Positions 52,943-64,000 of a stretch of 64,000 nt of DNA are shown piece after piece. The notes under the pieces were generated by a model, which worked only from the letters and a program-made list of their open reading frames with translations, made no database searches and was not told the origin of the DNA. How positions within the stretch are numbered: the first letter of the stretch is position 1; each line of letters starts with the position of its first letter. Origin of the DNA: Octopus vulgaris. Taxonomy: Eukaryota. The stretch covers positions 113,212,001 to 113,276,000 of the forward strand of contig OX597822.1 of assembly GCA_951406725.2 (NCBI GenBank), given 5' to 3'. Made by a program: the position numbers and the translations under genes.

Positions 52943-53105
52943 GGGCTTGCACACAGTTTCCTTCTTCCAAACTACCAAATTCACTCAAGTCATTGGTCGG
53001 TTCGGAGCTACAGTTCGGAGCAACGGTTCGGACACACCTAAAATTGCTAAGCAGTGGGACTGAACCCGAAACTACATGGGTGTAAAGCAAGCTTCTTAAT
53101 CACAC
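52620..53105. mobile_element. Rearranged, decayed SINE family A fragments in both orientations
   Basis: gcttgacaaccagtg (plus) and gcagtgggactgaacccgaaac (minus). Confidence 0.6.
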
Positions 53106-53409
53106 ATTCATTTAAATATGTGTTCACGCGCGCGTGTGTGTGAGTATATGTGATTATGTTCGCGCGCCCGCACGTGTTTGTGCTTGTGTGCGTGTGTGCG
53201 CTCGCGTGTGCACAAGCATGTATGTGTCGAATATGTAACACTGAGATTACAGTCTGCTTAACTAAAGATGTATTTCCTGAGATATATACGAACCTTTTAT
53301 TGCAATTTCTTATTTGCTTATCAAATAAATTGTTCGATGCCCAATAATCGATTTTTGTAGAGCAGCTCAAATACTAAGGATTGGTTCTGGGTATAACGCG
53401 ATACTGAAA

Positions 53410-53880
53410 TAATACTTTTAATCCTTCCGTTTGAAAAGAGAGGAAATATGCTCGGCCGGGGTCATAGGAACAATTATAAGTCGAGTTGGGTGTTTGGGGT
53501 GCGGAGATTGAAGAGAAGGGGAATGTTAGAAAGAAAACGGGTGCACAGCAAAGAGTTGATCATAGCGAAGGTCGTATTAGGAGCTGGGGTAAAGAAGATT
53601 AATAGATGAAATGAGACGGGTGGTAATAAGTGGCTAGCGACTGTAGAAGCACGTGCTTGACCCAGAAATCTCAACAGCTAGAGTTATACTAACTGCAAAG
53701 ACAAGCATATAATGAGAAGCAATCAGATTCTCTTTCTCTTGGAGCAGATATAATTACGAAAAGAAGAATAAACATGGTAGTGGGGGGAAGGTATTTGGTA
53801 GTAAAAGCACCGCATCAATGACGAAGTGGAAATATGGGGCAGCAGAAAGAGGAAGAAGTTGTTTCTTATCACATACAACT
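53410..53880 (-). mobile_element. Decayed CR1-type LINE 3' region (tentative)
   Basis: Minus-strand pyrimidine-rich coding-like sequence ending ...PSIFPLFS..RIKVL. Confidence 0.35.
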
Positions 53881-54855
53881 TGAACGTTCCTCCCCGAATG
53901 TTTGAGTGGTTTTTCTAATTCCTTTCAGAAATAAGAAAAAAAGCACTCAAACGTCTCTAAAAATCCACTTGAAACGCGTGTAAAAACACTTTTCTTCGTA
54001 GAACTCAAGGATTTATCATCTGACTTAGGAATATATTTCTCATAATAAACTAACATTGCTTAGGCCAATACCTATCAAATGATAATAAACTGGTTTTGCA
54101 GATCATATCATAATTCATTTAAATGTCTATTCCAAGTTAGATAGACGGAGATAATATATTTTAAAGATCAAGTTAACTGAGACTTCAATTTCGCCTGACG
54201 GCTGGTTCATCCATTAGTTGAAAAAAACCGAAAGGTGAACCAAAAGCCTGTCAACTTAATCATCTCAGTAAATTTGACTCTACATTCATTATAGAGTTGC
54301 CACATCAGTAAACTATTTTCCATTATTGTCGTCTTCAACTAAGGACATTATTATAACACAGATACAGTTATATAAATGACACGCGTTCTTAACGAATTGG
54401 TTATTTTGTAATTTTCTTTTGCCATCTAGCCACGTGATAACAGTAGGCCTACTTTTATTTGCAAATACGATGAAGCTAGCGCACAAGGTACGTGAAAAAC
54501 TTTACATCGACTGAGTAGGCCACATGAAGCGCATACATACACTTTGTTTCTACAGCTATGGTAATACGCCTCAGCTCTATAGTGCCTATCTCACTGATCT
54601 GGCAAGGCAAGAAATAGTGAATGTGGAACGTTTTCAAATTCTTATTCGATCTCTCCCTTCTAATGGCTTCTCTAGTTTTTTTTTTACCTCAATGTACCGT
54701 TCACTGTTCACGGTACAACCATGTTCCAGAAAATCAATGAAAATTACACTTTTTTCATCTTAAGAAACAGCCAACAAGTATGTATGTATGTATGTATGTA
54801 TGTATGTATGTATGTATGTATGTATGTATGTATGTATGTATGTATGTATGTATGT

Positions 54856-55016
54856 ATAAAAATACAAAATGGGACAAGAACGCAAAACATCCAGACAGTC
54901 AGGTGATACAAAAATGGGACAACAAAACATCCAGATTGACGATACAAAGAAAACAAGGATGGGTCATTCGAAGTTTTCTTTCCTCAGTCAAGTACCAGGT
55001 CATCTTCGCAATTTCG
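54856..55016 (-). mobile_element. Partial diverged copy of the family P-A element (3' half of the permuted hammerhead)
   Basis: Minus: C-GAA-AUUGC-gaagau-GACCUGGU-ACUUGA-CUGAGGA-aagaaaa-CUUCGAAUG; shares the aaaatacaaa..gggacaagaacgcaaaacat end with 51647. Confidence 0.7.
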
Positions 55017-55196
55017 TATGTATGTAGGTATTTGTGTATGTGCCTATACACACATATACACTTATGATAGATATATATATCGATTATACCTTCACGAATA
55101 TTAAAGTTACTCAAATGTTTCTAACTTATTAGTTGTTCACATAGTTGTGAAATCATTGTGAAACTTAGCGACGGGTATCAAGTTACACAGCTTTAG

Positions 55197-55398
55197 TCTT
55201 TTACTATTTTGTTTCAGTCATTTGACTGCGGCCATGCTGGAGCACCGCCTTTAGTCGAGAAAATCGACCCCAGGACTTATTCTTTGTAAGCCTAGTACTT
55301 ATTCTATCGTTCCCTTTTGTCGAAGCGCTAAGTTACGGGGACGTAAACACACCAGCATCGGTTGTCAAGTGATGTTGGGAGGGACAAACACAGACGCA

Positions 55399-55467
<69 letters not shown>

Positions 55468-55620
55468 GACGGCTTCATTCAGTTTCCGTCTACCAAATCC
55501 ACTCACAAGGCTTTGGTCGGCCCGAGGCTATAGTAGAAGACACTTGCCCAAGTTGCCACGCAGTGGGACTGAACCCAGCACCATGTGGCTGGTAAGCAAG
55601 CTACTTACCACACAGCCACA
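55197..55620 (-). mobile_element. SINE family A
   Basis: Near full-length, internal (CA)n(TA)n. Confidence 0.92.
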
Positions 55621-56434
55621 AGCACAAATCGAAATTGAGCCGCAGTCCCTTTACAGCTGCATTACAACGCTTACAATACTAATTGGGTTTCTCTATTGAC
55701 TTTAAGGTCCTTTTCGTGGTAGAGATACAAGACTGATTTCCCACATTACATGGCAAAACATCGAACTAAGAACACAGTGCAGCTGTTCCCTGCCAAACCC
55801 TCCTTCGTCGAAGCGATGAGAGGGTCCAATAATAACAACCAACTAGGATCTTTACCTTTTGACCGACAGATTTTTAAAATAATTTTTTGTAACGAAACAC
55901 TTTCAAACTTCGGACATAGGTAGAATGTGTCATATAGAACATCTTTTACTCTTGGCAGTACTCTTAGCAATAACGGTGACAAACGAAAACTACACCACCG
56001 ATAGTTCTTGTTGACAAACAACAGCAGTAATTTTATTCAGCTGAATACACGTCATTGGTTGGTTGAAATTACCGAAATACGAGAACTTTAACGTGAAATA
56101 ACTTCGGAAATATAAGTTTTTTTTCTCAAAAGGTAAAGATCCACCAACTATATACTGTTGTCGAAAACACAAACTGTAGAATTCTTCTGTAAATCTGTGC
56201 CTAGTAAGAAAAGAATATTTCTAAAAACCGGAAACTCTAACATTCTGTCTTCGTGTTAAATTTGAAGATTATTGAAATTGAATGAAGTGAATCTTTAGAA
56301 ATAATTCAATTATTCAGTTTGAAATTAATTGTGGTTATTTGAACAAAAACCCGTTATTAAAGGTCACAAAAAATTTTCAAAATTCTAATTATGTTAAGTT
56401 TGAGACATTTTAGTAGTTAGTTTATATCAGCGCA

Positions 56435-57101
56435 CTGTGAAGGCTTAGAGTATTCGGTTCGATTCCCGGTGGAGCATTGTTTTTCCTGAGCAAAACATTT
56501 TATGTGTCCGTTCAACTGGCAAAAATATTCAGTACATAGGCGCAGGAGTGGCTGTGTGGTAAGTAGCTTGCTTACCAACCACATGGTCCCGGGTTCATTT
56601 CCACTGTGTGGCACCATGGGCAAGTGTCTTCTACTATAGCCTCGGGCCGACCAAAGCCTTGTGAGTGGATTTGGCAGACGAAAACTAAAAGAAGCCCGTC
56701 GTATATATGTATATATATATGTATTTGTGTGTATATGTTTGTGTGTGCGTTTGTCCCCGCAACATCGCTTGACAACCGATGCTGGTGTGTTTACGTCCCC
56801 GTCACTTAGTGGTTGGGCAAAAGAGACCGATATAATAAATACTAGGCTTCCAAAGACTAAGTCCTGGGGTCGATTTGCTTGACCAGAGGCGGTGCTCCAG
56901 CATGGCCGCAGTCAAATGACTGAAACAAGTAAAAGTAAAGAGTACCTGTATTTCAAGGAGCCGGCCTTATCAAATTCTGTGTCAGGCCGAATCTCCCTGA
57001 GAAACACGTAAGGGTTATGCATGTCTGTGGAATGCTCAGCCACTTCTACGTTAATTTCACGAGTAGGCTGGAACCCTCGTCGTCGTAACCGACGGAGTGC
57101 C
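56435..57101 (+). mobile_element. Family D-like SINE (TSD agtttatatca(g/c)cgca) with a full family A SINE nested at 56538-56943
   Basis: Host head ggttcgattccc at ~56456; host tail gtctgtggaatgctcagccac...gacggagtgcc; short agtac repeat flanks the inner copy. Confidence 0.85.
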
Positions 57102-57789
57102 AGTTTATATCACCGCATCCCTTCAAGTAAATTCATGCTTGGCTCCAGTAAAGGTTGACATCTTGATCCCATATAAGAGAGATTCTGATCGTCAGGAGCT
57201 TCTGCAGTGTCCCATTTCCAAACGGAGCTTTTGAGCGCTTATTCGAGAAATTTTTAAAAGGCAACAGTTTTTCTATTTGACAGTTAGTCTTCGCCAAGAT
57301 GATTGAATGACATGGACTCAGTTTCTAGTTTAAACCACACCACTTTATTGACATTGCTGTTGCACTCAGCTAAGGCATACACTTCACAACCTCTCATCTC
57401 CCCAGTTAATTTGTAGAGCTTTTGTGGTTCCTCACAAGAAATTAATATAATTCTCTTTACAATATTTATGCTACCACTGAGCTGGGTTTCGGTTTTCTTG
57501 GAACTAATTCACTTACCCTAAACGTTTGAAAGAGGCATACACTTCATAACCTTCCATTTTCCTCGAGAGAATAATCAAGAATGTAATCAACAGAAGCAAA
57601 TATAATTCTTATGTTTATTTCGTTTCATTCTATCTTATAGTATAAAGCCAGTATTAATAACATCTATAGTTGCTTATATTCAATATACTTGCGTCTTTCA
57701 TCTAGATTTCATTATAGTGACTTTTCACATTGAGTAGCCGAGGGTTTGCAATGAATGGAAATATCTGGGTGTTGTCTCACATTTTATCT

Positions 57790-58500
57790 ACGGTCGTCTG
57801 CATCGTGCTACTAACTCAAGCGACTCTGTTATCTTTAGAGTAAGCAAGCGCCGCTTTCAAAGACATGGAGCTGACGTTGTTAATGGTCGGCATGACTGCA
57901 TATGTGAAACTTGATCTGTATAATGTTTTCAACAGTCGAAAGAAGGGAATTAGCAGTATCAGGTAGTATTTGAATGAAAGGAGGAGGCGATGGTTGTAGA
58001 AGGTAGCATTGGAGGTTAAAGACAGGAGACTGAAGTTGGTACGGAGGGTGGATAATGGGAGGACAATTCAGGGGTTGGCGAACCGAGCGTGAGAAAATAA
58101 TGCTAAGCGTAAGGAGCTGAAAAGATTAGAGCTAGAAAAGAGTGAGCATGAATGAAAGAGGGTTTATATAATGGGTGTGAAGTTGAGAGGAAGGCTATAA
58201 ATAGAGAAGAATGAATGGTAAATCAGCGAGAAAGGAAGAAAAAAAAAAGAGGGAGATGAGGGGGGGGGGGAGCAGAGGAAAAAAAGTTAACGAAGAGGAG
58301 CATGAAGTGAGTGTGGGAGGAGAAGACAATGATGCAAAAGGAATTGAAGAGTGAGAGAAAGTAGTTAAAACTAAAAACAACAAGCTCAAAGGCAAACGCA
58401 AACGTCACCCTGCTATGTGGCCTAGTAAAAGCTCACAAGCAACCGAGGGTAGTTCCTGTTGATATGTAGGCAGTGAGGGTGGGCAAATCATGAAGTAGTC
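57790..58500 (-). mobile_element. Very decayed LINE ORF2 remnant (tentative)
   Basis: Purine-rich plus strand; minus strand gives SNATFYN..PPFIQILPD-like stretches resembling the CR1 endonuclease-RT linker. Confidence 0.25.
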
Positions 58501-58821
58501 GGGTGAAACAAATCAAGAAGAAGAATGGCAGTGAAGTAATTTAAAGAGTGGTTTTGATAGAGAATTTTTCTTGCTTTCTTTGGCTTTTTTCTTTTAGATA
58601 AGGAAATTAATTATTCCTTTTAGCAGCTTTCTGTGCAATTCCTCTATACTTAATCGTGTAAAAACGTGTATATTGTATTTTGGTATATAAAGACATTAGA
58701 AGGTTTAAGGAGGAATGCCTGAATGAATAAAATGTACAACTCTTAGCTGAGTCTACTGTTCTGATTCTACTCAGAGTTATTTGTACAATTCGTTTAATCA
58801 AGCACCTATTTATCAGGAATA

Positions 58822-59084
58822 TGTGGAGGCGTGTGGCTTAGTGGTTAGGGTGTCAGCACCATGATCGTAAGATTGTGGTTTCGATTCCTGAACCGGGCGA
58901 CGCGATGTGTTCTTGAGCAAAACACTTCATTTCACATTGCTCCAGTCCACTCAGCTGGCAAAAATGAGTAACTCTGCGATGGACTGGCGTCCCGTCCAGC
59001 TGGGGGGAACACATACGCCATAGAAACCGGGAAACCGGGCCAATGAGCCTGGCTAGGCTTTAAAAGGGCGCATTTAATTAATCT
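58822..59084 (+). mobile_element. Full-length SINE family C, 15-bp TSD
   Basis: TSD tatttatcaggaata at 58807 and 59085. Confidence 0.93.
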
Positions 59085-59602
59085 TATTTATCAGGAATAG
59101 GTTTCATACACATAGACACACATACACACACAACACCCTCTAACAAACGAACACATACAGATACACAAACATGCATCAATAAAGGAACATGTGTGTGTGT
59201 GTGTGTGCTGTATGTGTGTGTATTGTGTGTGTGCATGTGTGTGTGTGTTGACGTGTATATTACGGTAGTGTTGACGTGTTTATGAGCATGTGTGTAGAGG
59301 TGTGCACATATATGTGTGCTTCCCGGCGAGTGTGTGTTGTTTGTTGAGGGATTTGATCTCAGATTAGAGGCTGAAATAGAAACATTTGCACCATGGTAAA
59401 ATCACGGCAACTTTTAAAAACTACAATAGCTAAAAAGTAAATAAGGCTTTCGCCATACGTTTAAGAACAATCAAGTGAGCATCTTTACTTAAGTGCCCAA
59501 CGATTTATGCAAAACGATGAGAAATGCAAGTTTCCATTTTAGAAAAAATGTATCAGTATTTGCTTGTGCTTACGTTGTAATGTTGAGTCTCTTTGTATCT
59601 AG

Positions 59603-59838
59603 TTATTTCTTTATTGCCCACAAGGGGCTAAACACAGAGAGGACAAACAAGGACAGATAAACGGATTAAGTCGATTATATCGACCCCAGTGCGTAACTGG
59701 TACTTAATTTTTATCGACCCCGAAAGGATGAAAGGCAAAGTTGACCTCGGCGGAATTCGAACTCAGAATGTGGCGGCAGACGAAATACTGCTAAGCATTT
59801 CGCCCGGCGTGCTAACGTCTCTGCCAGCTCGCCGCCTT
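59603..59838 (-). mobile_element. SINE family B
   Basis: Full-length; flanking ctttg(t/c)atct repeat. Confidence 0.92.
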
Positions 59839-60774
59839 TGCATCTTTGTATCTGGTACCTCGTCTCTCTGCATCTAGTACCTAGTATGTCAGCAAAAAGA
59901 GATTGGTGAACTACAAAGCAGACTGGAATAATAATTACTCGGTTCGATGTAATCGACTGAAATGCTTGAATCCATTGTCTCCGTATTACTGTAATACAAT
60001 TGCTGAAACGTGTACAATTGGAAAAAATACAGTAACACTCGCCTAAACCTCTTAAAAGTAATATGCTTCATGAGTTATATTTGTTATATTTCAAAATTTA
60101 TATTTTCTTCTTGTAAATTTCTTACTAAACGACAACAATAAGAATCAATTGCCATCATCGAGGCAGTCAAGAATCCTAAAGTAGCAGGAGGTAAGAGTGG
60201 AGACAATATCAACCACTAGTAACCATTTATTCAGACATGACTCGTCAAGGACTACATTATCCAATCTGTATTTTCATTTTTTACGTCAGGAAGGGCATAA
60301 TTCAGCAAGGTTGTTGTTTCTAGCATTAAGAGAATGTGTAGAAATTAACAGGTAGGTTCATCTCTCGCCAAGTTATAAGCAAACCTGAAATCGACGAAAT
60401 AATCGCCAGTTTACAGCGCTGCTGCTGTTGTATTTGTTGTTGCTAAGCAACAAGACGGGTAAGGGTGATTAGGTGATGGTCTAGGGCTTAGGGGCGGGAG
60501 ACCCCAGACCTTGGACAAAAAAACTTTGGTCGTCTTGTTGTAGTTGAGGGCTCTTCGTTGACGCCCGACACCACTGGGAGGTGGCCCTCGAAGTCGCTGG
60601 AAATGGAGATCTCCAGGTCCAAATTCTTGAACGGCTGATGCTGATGCTTAAAACAAAGGCGGGTCGTTTCCTATTCAAGAAAAGGGTGTGAGCGTGCCGC
60701 GTGTGTTTGTTCTTTTTTTTCTTTTATTGTTTCCAGGCTAATGTTGTGACCATGCTGGGGCACCACCATTAGCG

Positions 60775-61302
60775 TTCATGCTACACTCATTTCCCGAGTA
60801 AGGCGAGCTAAGTGACAGGGTGCATTGTCGTCGTGAAGAATCCAGTTCTTCGCACTGCACAGATCCTGTCGCTTTCACCGAATGTTCTCCATCAAAAGAT
60901 TCAAAACCTCCGACTAGAATCTCTCGATTGACGGAGGTGACGCCCGTGGCAGAGCTTCAGATCGCTCATCGTCTACTAGAGACGTTCTTTCGCTTTTGAG
61001 GAGCCCGTGCCAATCAAAACATTGCGTACGAAACATTGCCTCAATGTCTCTGTAGCAGACTTCCCAAGTTTAACGCGGAATTTCACGGTGGCTCTTTTTT
61101 CCTCTCTATGACAAAATCACAGGCTACAGTATACACGTGATCACAAAACCACAAATTTGACAACTTGCGAAGTAAACACAGCGATGTCACACGGCACACT
61201 GCCCCGTGGAGGTCACTGCTAGCTCTCACTGCGCACGCAACCGTGTGCTACCATTTGTTGGTGCGTTACGGAATTAGTCCGCGAACTTTTTGATACCACC
61301 TC
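60775..61302 (-). mobile_element. Internally deleted mariner transposon
   Basis: TIR ta|cgaggtggtatcaaaaagttc; transposase remnants RATVKFRVKLGKSATETL, RTQCFDWH..LKSERTSLVDDERS, NWILHDDNAPCH. Confidence 0.88.
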
Positions 61303-61336
61303 GTATATATATATATATATATAAACATATATATAC

Positions 61337-61745
61337 TTTTATTCTTTTACTCGTTTCAATCATTTGCAGTCAGAATGTACTCATGCTGGAACACCACCTT
61401 GAAGGGTTTTAGTCGAACAAATCGACCCCAGGACTTATTTTTTAAGCCTATTGGTTTTCTTTTGCCCAACCGCTAGATTACGGTTATATAAACGAACCAA
61501 CACCGGTTGTCAAACAGTGGTGCCAAACACAAACACAAAAATACGCACACATAGACATATGTATATATATACATATATGCGGCGGGCTTCTTTCAGTTTC
61601 TGTCTACCAAATCCACTCACGAGGTTCTGCTTGGCCCATGGCTATAGTATAATACACTTACGCAAGGCGCTACGCGATGGGACTGAACCCAGATCCATGT
61701 GGTTGGGAAGCAAGTTTCTCACTACACAGTCATACCTGCGCCTGT
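61337..61745 (-). mobile_element. SINE family A (older)
   Basis: Reverse complement of family A from tail to head (cctgcgcct). Confidence 0.88.
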
Positions 61746-62039
61746 ATGTATATGTGTGATTATGTGTGTGAAGCCATGCACACATACAGACATATATATA
61801 TATGGTTTCATACACACCTACACAGACATATATGTATGAGTGTCTATATATGTGTGTGTGTTTGTATATATATATATATTCTCCCCCCTCTCCCCCTCTC
61901 CCTCTTTCCTCCTTCATCCCCCTCATCCCCTTCCTTCTCCCCCATCCTCTCCTCTCCCCCTTCTCCTCCCCCTCTTCTCCCCTCCCCCTCTTCTCCTCAC
62001 TACACCACATGACTTTACACATCACATCACATATGATGT

Positions 62040-62288
62040 GCCATACTAATACACACACCAACTAATACATACTAATACGTACTAATACATACTAGTACAT
62101 ACTAATACTTACACCAACCCTATACATACACACGTCCAGACCCGCATACGCACTTATATACTCTCTCACACACACACACAGACACCTATACATACCAATA
62201 CGTACTAATACATACTAATACATACTAATACATACACCAACCCCATACATACGCACGTCCAGACCAATCTTACGCACTAATACTCTCT

Positions 62289-62326
<38 letters not shown>

Positions 62327-62390
62327 ATACATACTAATACATACACCAACCCTATACATACACACATCCAGACCCCTCCCACGCACTTTT
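62040..62390. repeat. Composite minisatellite: (tactaataca) units within a larger repeating unit
   Basis: acaccaaccc(t/c)atacatac..gtccagacc recurs at ~62111, 62234 and 62344. Confidence 0.8.
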
Positions 62391-62559
62391 AGCTGGTCCC
62401 TCGACCCTTTTATCAACCCTATTATCTCCCCTTATTTCGCTCTCGCTTCTCATGTTTGATCTTTGACCTCTGGCCGAAATCAGATCGCCATGTTGATTCG
62501 TTAGCTACTGCACGCATTTTTTTTCTCTCCTTCTTTCTGTGTTTTTCTCTCTCTGTGTA

Positions 62560-62597
62560 TCTTTCTGTTGAAGAGCGTAGGCTCGAAACGTTAAAGA
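62560..62597 (+). ncRNA. Minimal hammerhead variant (CUGUUGA core) in a Penelope-like terminal element 62400-62695
   Basis: tcttt-CTGTTGA-a-gagc-gtag-gctc-GAA-ACGT-T-aaaga; 5-bp stem I covaries with the 1852 copy. Confidence 0.65.
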
Positions 62598-62694
62598 CTT
62601 GTTTTATTTATATTTCCTGAGCGCCATACTAATACAATTGTTCGTTTGTTTTCCACCTGCCTTCGTCTTTTGTTTATTTTCATAAAGCCTCCCG

Positions 62695-62742
<48 letters not shown>

Positions 62743-62774
62743 CGCTCCAACTACATATGTGTGTGTGTAGTTAG

Positions 62775-63180
62775 GGCGCATCATTTCTGTCTTTGAAGAG
62801 AGTCTCCATTCATTTATCCTCTCCCAGTAGCTCATCTTTTGTACCGTGACAGTCTTCTTGGTGTGCTTTGGTCGCTTGCCTCGGGTCTGCAATTAGCTTC
62901 ACGCTTTGTGGCGACCGTAATTGGGAGGAGCAATCCAGGCGACTGACAAGGACTGTTCTCCATAGTATGAAGCATCACCATTCATGTGAATTCTCGGCTC
63001 ATGAATTGTAGTTTTCTTATTTCATTCTGTTTGCGGATCAAAAACGGTGTTTCGGAATTTCTCAGCATTCAACTGCATGTTGTTTTCTTCAGTCCTCTTG
63101 TATATTTCTGTAGATTCGAGTCAATGTCAGGGTCCTTGACTGCCTATGATACTTTTGTATCATCCACATAGCTGGTGAAC
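62775..63180 (-). mobile_element. Decayed CR1/L2-group LINE RT fragment
   Basis: SYVDDTKVS, EENNMQLNAEKF, SQLRSPQSVKLIAD, KMSYWERINE. Confidence 0.8.
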
Positions 63181-64000
63181 AAGAGATTGAAATATGATGA
63201 TTGTTGATGACCGCTTTCATCACAATTGCTTTATATGAAGCGAAGATGGTAAGTCGGTATCTAGCGGGTTTGCTCAGAGAGAGCGAACAAATTTTAGGGT
63301 ATAGAATACACTATCATCTTTTCTCAAAAGTTGTGTCAGACAACTGTTAGTAACAGCAAAGGAAATATCAAATACTAAGGCGATTGGTGTCACACGATCA
63401 TACTTAGGATAATAAGTGGAAGATATAAATATGGTGATGAATCCTCAAAATCAAAAATTAGAATATGAAATTAATGAAATGTGAATTCAGGACTGTTGTG
63501 ATTTTTGGTGTAATAATTATATACTTGCAACTGTATAATGTATATCTATGTATTGTGTACTGCTCGTAGTTTTTGTCTGTGTACTCCTAGACTGGTTACG
63601 TTGATGATTGCTCAGTTTCAACGACTCCTGTTTGGTACCTGTGAGAGAAACTTTGAGATTAATAAGAAGTTTGGCCACTCAAGAATAAAAGGTGAGGCGA
63701 GTGTTAAGTAAAAATATAAAAAGGCAAATCTAAGAATTTTTAGATACAATTTGTGTAATTTCAACCGGTCAGTGTTTCTAACCTATGAAAGAGAGGTTTA
63801 TATATCAACCAGTTGAACTTCCACTCGATTCACTCCAAGTTAGTTTGGCAGCAACTTAATTTTCCCAGATATGGCAGTCGTGTGAAGAAGGGTACTTGTA
63901 AGGGTCAGCATCTGTTCGAAGCTGGAGTATTTCCTGGGTCTGCAAATAATACCTAACTTTTCAGAGTCAGCTTTTGCTATTTAGTATACAAATAACACTG

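Noticed and set aside
63040-63095. CUGAAGA...GAAA on the minus strand as a hammerhead
   Set aside because: No stems I-III; lies in LINE coding remnant (EENNMQLNAEKF)
63580-63945. Possible splice acceptor/donor pairs near the window end
   Set aside because: Short, weak donors and no recognisable peptide

Overview
AT-rich, microsatellite-saturated eukaryotic non-coding DNA. The repeat families and (TA)n/(CA)n/(TAGA)n/(AAT)n load look like a coleoid cephalopod, most likely Octopus (inferred from recognising the repeats; no search was run). No intact protein-coding gene is supportable: the listed ORFs are microsatellite or SINE read-throughs or decayed transposon fragments. The window holds about 40 tRNA-derived SINE copies of four families, remnants of R4/Dong, RTE and CR1-type LINEs, a complete non-autonomous Helitron, a Tc2/pogo-type MITE, a deleted mariner and an ~810-bp tandem duplication. 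The most notable signal is RNA structure. At least 10 hammerhead-ribozyme-like motifs lie in short elements beside (TA)n tracts, as expected for Penelope-like or retrozyme termini, and two have complete canonical type I cores (4521-4614 and 7029-7114, minus strand). Two sequence-unrelated elements (51708-51852 minus, 47905-48032 plus) and a partial third (54965-55016 minus) carry all hammerhead core parts in an order that is not a circular permutation of types I/II/III. The two complete ones share the same six helices in the same order. This is a candidate new pseudoknotted or dimer-acting hammerhead topology. All pairings were read by eye.
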